Below are positions 38,301 through 49,700 of a stretch of DNA of 64,000 bases, one piece after another. The stretch's first letter is position 1, and each line of letters begins with the position of its first letter. The position numbers were made by a program, and so were the translations under genes. The notes beneath the pieces were generated by a model. The model saw only the letters and a program-made list of their open reading frames with translations. It searched no databases and was not told the origin of the DNA. The DNA is taken from the NCBI GenBank assembly GCA_002269645.1, contig NIVC01001838.1, positions 168,242-232,241 of the forward strand, written 5' to 3'. This DNA comes from Macrostomum lignano (taxonomy: Eukaryota).

Positions 38301-41007
38301 CTCTCAATCACACTGAATCAATCGCATCATTTGAACTCTCAATCACACAATAAATCACATCATTTGAACTCTCAATCACACTGAATCAATCGCATCATTT
38401 GAACTCTAAATCACACTGAATCAATCGCATCATTTGAACTCCCGATCGCACTGAATCAATCGCATCATTTGAACTCTCAATCACACAGAATCAATCGCAT
38501 CATTTGAACTCTCAATCACACTGACTAAATCGCATTATTTGAACTCTCAATCACACAGAATCAATCGCATCATTTGAACTCTCAATCACACAGAATCAAT
38601 CGCATCATTTGAACTCTAAATCACACTGAATCAATCGCATCATTTGAACTCCCGATCGCACTGAATCAATCGCATCATTTGAACTCTCAATCACACTGAA
38701 TCAATCGCATCATTTGAACTCTCAATCACACAGAATCAATCGCATTATTTGAACTCTCAATCACACAGAATCAATCGCATCATTTGAACTCTCAATCACA
38801 CAGAATCAATCGCATCATTTGAACTCCCGATCGCACTGAATCAATCGCATCATTTGAACTCTCAATCACACTGAATCAATCGCATCATTTGAACTCTCAA
38901 TCACACAGAATCAATCGCATTATTTGAACTCTCAATCACATAGAATCAATCGCATCATTTGAACTCTCAATCACACAGAATCAATCGCATCATTTGAACT
39001 CTAAATCACACTGAATCAATCGCATCATTTGAACTCCCGATCGCACTGAATCAATCGCATCATTTGAACTCTCAATCACACTGAATCAATCGCATCATTT
39101 GAACTCTCAATCACACAGAATCAATCGCATTATTTGAACTCTCAATCACACTGAATCAATCGCATCATTTGAACTCTCAATCACACTGAATCAATCGCAT
39201 TATTTGAACTCTCAATCACACTGACTAAATCGCATTATTTGAACTCTCAATCACACTGAATCAATCGCATCATTTGAACTCCCGATCGCACTGAATCAAT
39301 CGCATTATTTGAACTCTAAATCACACTGAATCAATCGCATCATTTGAACTCCCGATCGCACTGAATCAATCGCATCGCCCAGTTTCTCATAGTCATTACC
39401 TGTCCTAAAGTTAACAGCGATGTCGCTCATAAAGATGGTGTCCGACACGCAGTTAAAGACAATCCAATGCGCGCTCAGGTCGTCATTAAAGAACGAGATT
39501 GCCACGGGGAGCACCACTAGGTTTGTGATCAGCAGCATCAGCATCAGCAGGTCCCAGTAGAAGCTGGGAAAGGAAGTAAGTTTTGTCATTTCTATGCAGG
39601 CAGTGTCAGATTCTAAGGCTTATACATGGACGAATTTAGTTATAATATTTATAAAGGGGGTTGTAGCCTAGTGGTCAGAGTGTCAGACTCACGACTTGAA
39701 GGTCCAGGGTTCGATTCCCGCTCCTACTGGAACAATTTGTGTCCTGAGCAAGACTCTTAACTGCATTGCTTCAGTTCACCCAGCTGTAAAATGGGTGCCA
39801 GCATTAGCTGGGGTAATTGAGGGTGTGTGTGGCGACCCCCCAGTCCTTGGACTAAACAGCCGTACGCAGCCTTCAGATGCGCCTCGCAATAGCTGCGGCT
39901 GAGCTGTCGGTTGCATATCTGCCATTAGGACAGGTGTAATCAGTTATTATTATTAGTTATATAGAAATACGGGGCTTATGGAATTATACTGCCACAATAA
40001 TTTACTGCTAAACCAATATTACCATACCCAACCGCGCGGCGCTTTGACGTGCCAGCGGCCCAGGCTCGATTCCAAGTGCAGTCACATTAATTTGTGACAA
40101 CTGGAATTTCGGCTTGGCTCTGCTCGTCCAATCTACGGCTTTGATGGCCAACCCCCAAGGCACAGGGAAGTGTACATGCCTAACGATAAATAAAGTTATG
40201 GCCGCTGTACACTCCTGTGTGAGTGAGTGCCTGTGCGTATGACTGGGTACGTATCTGCGCGCTTGTGTGCCTGCTCAGGGGAGTCGGCGGAATGGGCAGC
40301 AATGCCTCTAGTGGGTTGTGTGATGACAATGTCGCTTAAAGTGCGCCAGGGTGCACACAGTTTTTGCGCAAGAACTTCTACCTCAATGTCACCTATGTAA
40401 ACGGAATCGAACCTGGGTACCTCGATGTGAGAGTCACACGCGCTACACGAGTAGGTCTGAAATCAAACGACTAATTTCAAACGCACCGGAAGCTGCTGCA
40501 GGGATGGATGATCCAACGGCCCGTCTGCTGCTGCCGGCGCTTCTCCTTCAGCAGGGCGTTCCGGTTGCCGAACAGCTTCATGGCCAGCTTGTTGTCTGAC
40601 GGCTGGAAGAAGGCAAAGAACTGCTCCTTCAGGTAGCTGGACGAGCTCTGGCGCAGCGCCTCGTCTCCGACGCAAGCCTCCAACTCGTCGACGCCTCCTG
40701 CCTGGGTCCGGGCGTCGCGGCGACCGGCGAAATCCAGCAGCTGGGAGCCGAAGCCAGCAAAACTTGGCCAGCGACGCCGAGCAGCTCTGTCGCCGCCGCC
40801 GCCGCCGCCGCCGCCGCCGAGGACAACGCCGACTAGACGGCAGGACTCCATGGACTTTGACGAGGCCTTTGCTGGCTGTTGAAGCGGTCGGAGCTGCGGC
40901 TGTCGCTGGTTCCGGCTGGTCAACCCGGCGGTCGAGACGGCGGCGGCTTGGCTGGAAGCGTCAAGCGAAACGGCTGCTCGCGACATCGCATGGAAACTGC
41001 CGCGCTT

Positions 41008-41045
<38 letters not shown>

Positions 41046-41163
41046 TGATTGACGAAGACGAGGACATCGAGCCGACGTTCAGCAGGGTCGGCTGCTGCAC
41101 CTCGGGCGGTTCCAGCACCAGCAGAGGTGGCAGCTGCGGTTGCGGTGGCTGCGGATCTGCCAT
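32390..41163 (-). CDS. HCN: Hyperpolarization-activated cyclic-nucleotide-gated channel, Ih (exons 41163-40487, 39563-39400, 37781-37614, 37436-37339, 36352-36203, 35711-35493, 35401-35255, 33758-33515, 32856-32390; 777 aa)
   Basis: HCN domain [15 protein letters not shown]...[15 protein letters not shown]; S4 [32 protein letters not shown]; pore HMLSIGYG; C-linker [13 protein letters not shown]; CNBD FGEICLL...RVASVRA. All eight junctions are GT-AG and in phase; the exon sum of 2334 nt is divisible by 3. Confidence 0.96.
32889..33305. mobile_element. ~417-bp MITE in HCN intron 8
   Basis: Perfect terminal inverted repeat ACTAGATGGGCCAC...GTGGCCCATCTAGT flanked by TA, plus internal inverted CTACTTTCAGTTCAGTAG. 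Confidence 0.75.
33340..33450 (+). repeat. 17-bp minisatellite (GTGGGTGCGGGAGTGCG)n
   Basis: Direct inspection; HCN intron 8. Confidence 0.9.
33785..34955 (+). repeat. 12-bp minisatellite (GGGCATGATTGT)n with three copies of an inserted TTTTGCA-rich block
   Basis: HCN intron 7; the block recurs near 34190, 34418 and 34682. Confidence 0.97.
35800..36060 (+). repeat. 25-bp minisatellite (AATCTCACCTCTATCTCATCTCTCT)n
   Basis: HCN intron 5. Confidence 0.93.
36440..37325 (+). repeat. 36-bp minisatellite (ACTCCCTGAGAGCAGTCACACCAACATGCCATGAGT)n
   Basis: HCN intron 4; about 24 units with no spacers. Confidence 0.98.
37850..39375 (+). repeat. 35-bp minisatellite (AATCACACTGAATCAATCGCATCATTTGAACTCTC)n
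   Basis: HCN intron 2. Confidence 0.98.
39656..39960 (+). mobile_element. tRNA-derived CORE-SINE in HCN intron 1 (antisense to the gene)
   Basis: A box TAGCCTAGTGG (39664-39674), B box GGTTCGATTCC (39708-39718), CORE-like TGTGTCCTGAGCAAGACTCTTAAC...CTGTAAAATGGG, and a (TTA)n tail. Confidence 0.75.
40030..40455. mobile_element. Two convergent SINE pieces: + copy of the 49.2-kb family (~40030-40270) and a - strand tRNA-like head (~40455-40360)
   Basis: Shares ATGGCCAACCCCCAAGGCACAG...AGTGTACATG...GCTGTACAC with 49330-49410; GGAATCGAACC near 40403 is a B box on the minus strand. Confidence 0.65.
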
Positions 41164-41679
41164 ATCTGACAGACATGAGAGAGATCAATGAGGAATTCCC
41201 ATGCTGATGGCTGATGAATAGGAGACTCCCCATAGAGCTGTCCGTCAATCTGCTGCTCATTTTAATTAGAGCACAAGCCTCACGCAAAGAAAATTGGGAA
41301 AATTAACAAGTCCGTCTCAACCCGTCAGTCCTCATCAGCTCGCGAATTCTTCTCAGCCGCAGCAACAAGGGTTCGAAAAAAACTCAGACAGAGCTGGCCA
41401 ACGCGAAGATTTCCAACCCAATTAAATCTCGCTTAATTGCGATCTTTTAATAAGGAAACCTTTTTCCGATGAATCACCAGACAAATTACTGTCCCTAATT
41501 ATGCAACTGAGGTCCTCATTCAGTTTTGCAATCAAGTAAGTGCAGCATTTTGTGGAGAGAAGTCACTCTATCCGCTCACATCCTCCCTTGTGTATCTCGC
41601 TTCTTTTCCTACAACGGGCCGTCAGAAGAATGTCACTGATTATGGACAGGTGTACAGATTAGGTCACACGGGCAGGTAC

Positions 41680-42015
41680 ACAGGAGCCCTACAGGTCATG
41701 GAACAGGTAACACAGGGGACCAACAGGTCATGGAACAGGTAACATAGGGACCAACAAGTCATGGAACAGGTAACACAAGAGATCAACAAGTCATTGAACA
41801 GGTAACACAGGAGACCAACAGATCATGGAACAGGTAACACAGGAGATCAACAAGTCATGGAACAGGTAACACAGGAGATCAACAAGCCATGGAACAGGTA
41901 ACACAGGAGACCAACAAGTCATGGAACAGGTAACACAGGAGACCAACAGATCATGGAACAGGTAACACAGGAGATCAACAAGTCATGGAACAGGTAACAC
42001 AGGAGACCAACAGCC
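41680..42015 (+). repeat. 32-bp minisatellite (CAGGAGACCAACAAGTCATGGAACAGGTAACA)n
   Basis: Direct inspection. Confidence 0.93.
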
Positions 42016-42679
42016 CAGGTCACAAACCGTAAAATTCCTGGCCCTGCTGCTGAGGAAGTTCCTGGTCGACCCTCGGTTGGACAGCCATCGCCCGTTCGGC
42101 TGGTGCAGAGTCCCTACGCCAGGCCTCTGCACAACTGCCCGGCTCCATCGCCCAGTCTAGTAAGCGAATATGGTTGTTATGCTAACCCGCTGAGGCAGTT
42201 TCAAATAAATTTGATAATTTTCCTCTTTTTCAGTGCAATGATTTTGCCCAGAGGCTGAGGAGGCATTTCGCTTTCTCGGGATTGGCCGGCCCCTTATTCA
42301 TGCTGAGTCTGCGGCTTCCCATTGCTCGTTGCTTTCGCGAGTAGTTATTGCTGCTGCTGCTGCATATGTGACTGAAGCCCCCTGCCCCCAGGCAATGAGG
42401 GCAAATTACACCAGGGGCGTGGTGAAAAGTTTCTGCAGACCCCGCAGTTTTCCAGGTCTTCGTACTCTCGCTCTCCTCCTCTGTCGGGCCTTGAGCATCG
42501 CTTCCTATCGGCCTTCATGCTGTTTTGATCACGCGCAAGAATGCATCCACCCAAATCCGGTTTTGTATTGTGTAGCTTGCCATGGGCAGAGTGTAGTGTG
42601 AGCTCAGTTAGCCGGCCTGCAGTCTTAACTATGATAGGGTGCCTTTGCGAACTTGATTGAACACAAAAATAACAAAGGG

Positions 42680-43025
42680 CAGGGAGAACAGGGACGGGGA
42701 GAACAGGGACGGGGAGGACAGGGATTGGAGAACAGGGACGGGGAGAATAGGGATGGGGAGAACAGGGACGGGGAGAACAGGGATTGGAGAACAGGGACGG
42801 GGAGAATAGGGATGGGGAGAACAGGGACGGGGAGAACAGGGATTGGAGAACAGGGACGGGGAGAACAGGGACGGGGAGAACAGGGACGGGGAGAACAGGG
42901 ACGGGAGAACAGGGACGGGGAGAACAGGGACGGGGAGAACAGGGACGGGGAGAACAGGGACGGGGAGAACAGGGACGGGGAGAACAGGGACGGGGAGAAC
43001 AGGGACGGGGAGAACAGGGACTTGA
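42680..43025 (+). repeat. 15-bp purine-rich minisatellite (GGAGAACAGGGACGG)n
   Basis: Direct inspection. Confidence 0.95.
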
Positions 43026-43765
43026 GCAGGTGAAAAAGGATAACGAGAAAGATAGAGTGCCGCACAGTGAGCAGTGGGAATTCTGAGACAGTCGGGTAGC
43101 GAATGCAGCAGAGAGAGCTGCTTTCGGAGAGACCCAAATATATCAGTGATCCCTCAGCCTGCTACTCTCCCATGGCCCTGTCCAACATTGCGTGCCAAAC
43201 GGAAAAAGCAGGTCTTGAAATTGGGACTCAGAAACTTTGCCTGACTGTGACACGGGAGTCAGTCAAAAGGGTTGCATCGTTGAAGCAAGTAGAAGGCAGT
43301 GACAATAAAGGGAAATAAAGCGAATTGCTGTATCGAATCTTTGCGGGATAGATAGAGAGAAGTCGAAAATCGACAGAGTCTACTATTTTCCTTTGTTGTC
43401 GGACACGCAGGCTGCTTCAGCCTCAAGTGGAAGGATGGGAAACTATATACGTTTCTTGGAAAAATTTGACCGAAAATAAATACATTTTCAGTACAGAAAT
43501 TAACAGCTTAATTAGCTTTTGATAGGAAACCAGACCCAATGTTCATTTTTTATATGTCTTACCTTTCTTATAAGCTCTATTGATATTCAGAGAGCTTTTC
43601 GTTTAGAAAATTAGGAGTCTATGATAATTTAATTGATAATTAAAAAATCATTATAAAAATGGCATCCGTGATGTCTCCTCCTGCCACCTAAAACTTTTCA
43701 AGAAACATAGTTTCCGGTCCTACTTGAATAGTCCTTGTGTATCAAGGAGTCAGGCTCGTCAATAC

Positions 43766-44491
43766 CAGTGGCGAAGCCAGGGGGGGGGGGGGCCGGGGGC
43801 CGCGCCCCCCCCCCAATCGCCTGGGGGGAGTGGGGTTGGGCGCGGCAGGTACCAAAAACCAAGAGGCAATTGAGTGCCTGTGGCGCTAAAATGAGTGCCA
43901 GTGGCGCTAAAATGAGTGCCTGTGGCGCTAAAATGAGTGCCTGTGGCGCTAAAATGAGTGCCTGTGGCGCTAAAATGAGTGCCTGTGGCGCTAAAATGAG
44001 TGCCTGCGGCGCTAAAAAGAGTGCCTGTGGCGCTAACATGAGTGCCTGCGGCGCTAAATTGAGTGCCTGCGGTGCTAAAATGAGTGCCTGTGGCGCTAAA
44101 ATGAGTGCCTGTGGCGCTAAAATGACTGCCTTTGGCGCTAAAATGAGTGCCTGTGGTGCTAAAATGAGTGCCTGCGGCGCCAAAATGAGTGCCTGTGGCG
44201 CTAAAATGAGTGCCTGTGGCGCTAAAATGAGTGCCTGTGGCGCTAAAATGAGTGCCTGTGGCGCTAAAATGAGTGCCTGCGGTGCTAAAATGAGTGCCTG
44301 CGGTGCTAAAATGAGTGCCTGTGGTGCTAAAATGAGTGCCTGTGGCGCTAAAATGAGTGCCTGCGGTGCTAAAATGAGTGCCTGCGGCGCCAAAATGAGT
44401 GCCTGCGGCGCCAAAAGTGGCAATGGCATAAGGCATGGCCAGCCAGGCCAACCCGCCCCCCCCCCAATTGAAATTCCTGGCTACACCACTG
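43766..44491. mobile_element. Non-autonomous hAT element (726 bp) carrying an internal 21-bp tandem array
   Basis: TIRs CAGTGGCGAAGCCAGG / CCTGGCTACACCACTG; perfect 8-bp TSD GTCAATAC at 43758-43765 and 44492-44499; internal (GAGTGCCTGTGGCGCTAAAAT)n at about 43870-44415. Confidence 0.9.
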
Positions 44492-46791
44492 GTCAATACT
44501 TCAGTAGGACTCGACTTCACTGGGTCAAGATTTGGTGACTCAACAATTTTAGCATAAGATTTTATTGAGCTGTGATTTCTCATGCTTAGAAGATTCAGCT
44601 TTGGGATAAATCCTGGCGTTACGTGCCAGCCAGGTTCCCATGGGATCAAGGAATCCAATTGCCGCAAAGATGCCCAGGGGTTCCGGAAAGCTTTGCTCAG
44701 CTGCAATTTTTCTAAATTTATTTGTTCTTGACTCGATTTCCTTTGCCATGCACAGACTCCGCTGATTGAAATTCTCTCAGTGCACCCACTCTCAGTGCAC
44801 CCACTCTCAGTGCACCCACACTCAGTGCCCCACTCTCAGTGCCCCACACTCCGTGCTCACCTCTCTGTGCTCGATTTAAATCGAAGCGAGTACAACTAGT
44901 ACTTCTATGGCATCGTACGTACACTATACTGTAAGCAAGTCAGCATTAGATCAGAGCGATGAGACAAGCAAGCAACGGAGAAATAGTCTGAAATCTGATC
45001 TGCCAGCTTATTCCTTATTCCCCGAGTGTACATGAGTTGACCCTATTGCCTGTAATTTCCTAAGAAGCTGACTTGGACAGCTGTCTCTTCTAACATTAAA
45101 TATCACGCAGCAGTATGCAAGGCGCATGTTAGAAAGTAAGATTTGAGCAATTAAGAGACCTCACCTGTGCAGTTGCTATTCATTCTGGGCCCAACTGAAG
45201 CGAACAGTTACAGTGATGCCCGAGAAGTTGGCGCAGTCATGGCAATTACTTTGCTAGCAGTATATAAGGCAATGCGCTTCACCTCTACTATATGCTACCT
45301 CGATTTACTTTGACCAATATGTGCTTTGCTTCATCAATCAGTAGAGAGCAGTCAGGCCGGATTCTGTATATACGGCTTGGTACATGTTAGTCCTGCCATG
45401 CAGATTTGCTCATTCATCACAATTCTGCAGATGGGCCACTTCAGACACACGGAGACCATGCATAGTACGCTAACGTTGCATTGTCTAAAATGAATGCTAA
45501 ATCAAACAGCGACATGACGTGTGAATACTGCAGCATGTATTTAAAGCAATTTTGTTGATTGCTCAAGTTAACACGCAGCATGCCAGCAATATAGTAAGAC
45601 TTGGTACACACTTGTCTGGACTACTTACTAAACTAATTTGCCAACTAGTCGCCTAAACCGTATGCTTAATTATTTGCACTTAAATTGCTAAATTATTTAT
45701 GCTTGTATAATATGTACATGTACAGTGTGGCCATTGAGAAATGGTCCTCAAAAGGTTCTCAAAAATATGTAGCAACCCGCTGTAATGTACGACTTATTGC
45801 AGTCGGCGAGGTGTCTGTCGATTGGATTTCAAGTATATAGAAAAAGTACATGCTCACGAAACTCAAGTAGTCCGTGGTCTGCACAAAAGTACATGTACAC
45901 GTAAATTCAGTCGTGCATAAAATATGCATCGATCGTCTCACAATGCTATATAGCTACATGTATATAGCAATGACAATTACTTTGGGCTACATGTACATGT
46001 GTAATAGCATAAAATTCAGGCCCCATGCAAGTTCTGCATGGGACGTATACGTTATTAAAGCTTCTTGCGTATTTCGTGCCCTAAGAGGCTAATTAAATTG
46101 CTTGCAAATAAGTTCCACGGCAACGTTTGCACTATAAGACTAGACATAATTGTATTACTATAATAATAGTATAAAGTGAATTTTATGCTTTAATTTGTAC
46201 TCGCGCCTTAAATGCACATGTAAATGCAACCTAGCTATACATATATATCAGTCAGTAAAGTTGCCTTAAATTTTTCATGGCTAAATTTGCAGAGCTATAC
46301 ACCCACAGGGTGTAAAAATACTTCCTGAGAGCTGTGATTTAATTTTTAGTTTTTTATCTTAACGTTCAAAAGAATCTGCTGTTGCATAGCTACTTCTGAG
46401 CCACCCTGACCCTGTACTGTCTTCCGTTGCTTCATGATTTAACTGTTCAAACGACGGGACCTCGATCATTTTACTGATAAATCTGAAAGTATGCTTTTAA
46501 AAGCTAAAAGTTATTAAATTGTATTTCTGAAACGCATAACGCATACATAATGACTTAATATAAAAACTGTTTTATAGCATTCAAGGCTTTCAAAATTTGT
46601 TTAAGCAGAACTGTGTAAAATTTAAAGTCACGGGAAAAAAGAAATTTATTAGAACTAAACGCCCCTGCAAGTTTCCCAGACTATCAAAACACCAAAGCAA
46701 AACGCACTCAATCTTTACCTATTGTATATTTTTTCTACTTGTATTTAAATAATTAACGTTTCCAACTTCCAGATTTCTATAAAGTTAAACT

Positions 46792-49700
46792 ATGCTGACA
46801 CTTGGTAAGTTTCGTTTTGTTCTAACTTGTGCAGTTCTGTTCTTTAGATTAAGCCTGCTTGAGACTTTAAAGTTCTACGTTAATGCTTAATTTAGTAATG
46901 ATCAACTTATTGTAATACTTGCAAGTATTGAGTAGAATTGTAAGCCAGGAGTGTTATAAATTTAATGTAATTCATTGAATATTATCAATATATTAATAAT
47001 ATTAGGCCTAAGCTTAAAAAAGCAAACCTTAGCCTTAGGAATGTAAGTTAAAATCTATAATGTATTTTTTATTCTTGTTTTTTATAAGTATAAGGCTACT
47101 AGATGTAAAGTACAGTCATTTGAAAATGTAGCATTTTTTCATGTTGTTATAATCAACTTTTGAAATCTTGATATTAAAGCCTATGGCTATGGGATGCAGG
47201 CCAGGGTATACTTGAATTTTTGTTTTATTTGAATGTAGCAATAGTAATTCTAGTGCCAATATTAATTTATTAAAACTTCCCCAGAGTCAAAGAAAAAAAT
47301 TAAATTAAAAAATTGAAAAATTAAATTTAAAAAAATTGAAGTTCATGCTCATTTAGTTTTTTTATTTTCCACTCACCACTCAGAGTGCATTATGTTTTAG
47401 GATGAATTTCACCTTGAGGTGCAGGTTGTTTTGATGATAGGCCATTTTGGTGATAGACATTTTAATGATAAATAGCCATTTTTATAACAACATATTTCTA
47501 TGACAAACAGTAACACATTGCTTTTGGCTTTGGTAAACCTATCGTAAATCTTAGTAAAATGTTGATATTATAGATTTAAAAGTTTAAATGTTCAATGTTA
47601 AATCAATGATCTAATAATTTTCATATCCATGGTTTTTGTTAGTCTTGCATTTTAAAAGCCAACCATTTGTTTATAGAATACTAAGTTTTTTCAATATCTA
47701 ACCTTGTATTTTAATTTGCAAGTATAAAAATTCCAACATAATCTTATTTATACCACAGAGAAAATTTTTGCTTCACTTCCCAAAACTGAGCGAGGCAAGG
47801 CAATTGTACTTGGTGGTGACCCTAAAGGTGAAAATTTTCTCTATGTCAATGGAAACAGTGTCTTCATTCGGAGCCTCAAAGTGAGTCATTTCCTGGTTTA
47901 TATTATGTATTTTATAAAGTTACAAACATTTTATGCAAACATAACTTTGTACCTGATGAGTCTCTGTCTTAGTTGACTCTTGACTCTCTACTGTTATCTT
48001 GAGTCTCTGATGAGTCTCTGCTATGATCTTGAGTCTCTGATGAGTCTCTGCTATGATCTTGAGTCTCTGATGAGTCTCTGCTATGATCTTGAGTCTCTGA
48101 TGAGTCTCTGCTATGATCTTGAGTCTCTGATGAGTCTCTGCTATGATCTTGAGTCTCTGATGAGTCTCTGCTATGATCTTGAGTCTCTGATGAGTCTCTG
48201 ATGAGTCTCTGCTATGATCTTGAGTCTCTGATGAGTCTCTGATGAGTCTCTGCTATGATCTTGAGTCTCCAGCGTGTATTTATCGTAAAATTGTGTCCCA
48301 CACACGTCCAGGACCCCTTCACCAAGTGCGACGTGTACACCCAGCACTCGACGGCCACGGGGTGGCCAAGTACTCGCCAAGCGGCTTCTATATCGCTTCG
48401 GGCGACGCGTCTGGCAAAGTGCGCATCTGGGACACAACCCAGGCTGAGCACGTGCTCAAAAATGAATTTCACGTGCTTGGCGGCGCCATACGCGACTTGG
48501 CCTGGACTAGCGACAACCAGCGACTCATCATTGTCGGCGAGGGTCGCGAAAAGTTCGGCGTTGCCATCCTGGCCGACAGCGGCGCCTCAGTTGGCGAAAT
48601 AATCGGCCACTCCAAGGCCATCAACTCCGTAGACTTCAAGCCGCAGCGCCCGTTCCGGGCGGTCACCGCATCCGAGGATTTTGTCGTCTGCTTTTACGAG
48701 GGCCCGCCGTTCAAATTCAAGAAGCAAAACGACGAGCACACCAATTTCGTAAACGTGGTTCGCTACGCGCCCAGCGGCGAGCTCTTTGCTAGCGCTGGCA
48801 GCACCGGCCGGATTCTGCTGCACGAAGGCAAAACCTCCGAATATCTGGGCGAGATTGGCGACCCGGCGCACAAGGGCGGCATTTATTCGCTGGCCTTCAG
48901 CCCGAACTCCGACCGGCTGCTGTCTGTCAGTGGCGACAAGACCGCTCGGCTGTGGAATGTTCAAGACAAGTCACTGATCGGTGAGGCTTCCGCTCTAAAT
49001 TAATGAGTAAAATGTGCTTTCCTAAGTTTGAATTTCTCTAGAATGTTTAATTTCTAAGAATTGTCCAACATTTCCTAGAAAATTGACTTTTCAGGTGTCT
49101 TGAAATTTGCTAGGAATACTGATTTCTAAGAATTGTCCAACATTTCCAGTTCACCGTTTTTAAGTTTTTTCTCCAAAATATATATTCCGAAATCTATAAT
49201 TAGAGCAGCTCAGTGGTAAACGCGTCTGACTCTCGTGTCATGAACCCTGGTTCGATTCCGTGCGCTGGCCATATTCATTTGGGGCTTGCGCACGAAAGTT
49301 GGTCCGAAGAGTTTATCCTGCGATTCACAGCCATGACGGCCAACCCCCAAGGCACAGAGACAGAGAGTGTACATGTCTGACGATTAGACAGTCAAGGGCT
49401 GCTGTACACCCCGTGTGAGCGTGTGTGTGAGTGCGTGCTTCCCATTTCTAGTTCCCGTATCTAGTAATACCACTCAATTGAGAGTTGAAAGACCATTGGA
49501 GCTACTGATTTGATAGGGTTAGATAAATAAATGGGTTTAGTTAAATAAATGAATGTTGCCAGTTTCAAAGTGAGAGGGGCAACTCATAAATCCCTGTAAG
49601 TTAGGACTCATGCATCAACATAGATTGTCAATGCCATGTCCACATTGTGGTTGGGTGGTAGGGGCTAAAGTTAAGATGAATGTTTTCACTTTCAATGCAA

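Noticed and set aside
39656-39730. tRNA genes at 39.66, 40.4, 49.2 and 61.1 kb
   Set aside because: A and B boxes are present, but no convincing cloverleaf or T-run terminator; they continue into SINE bodies
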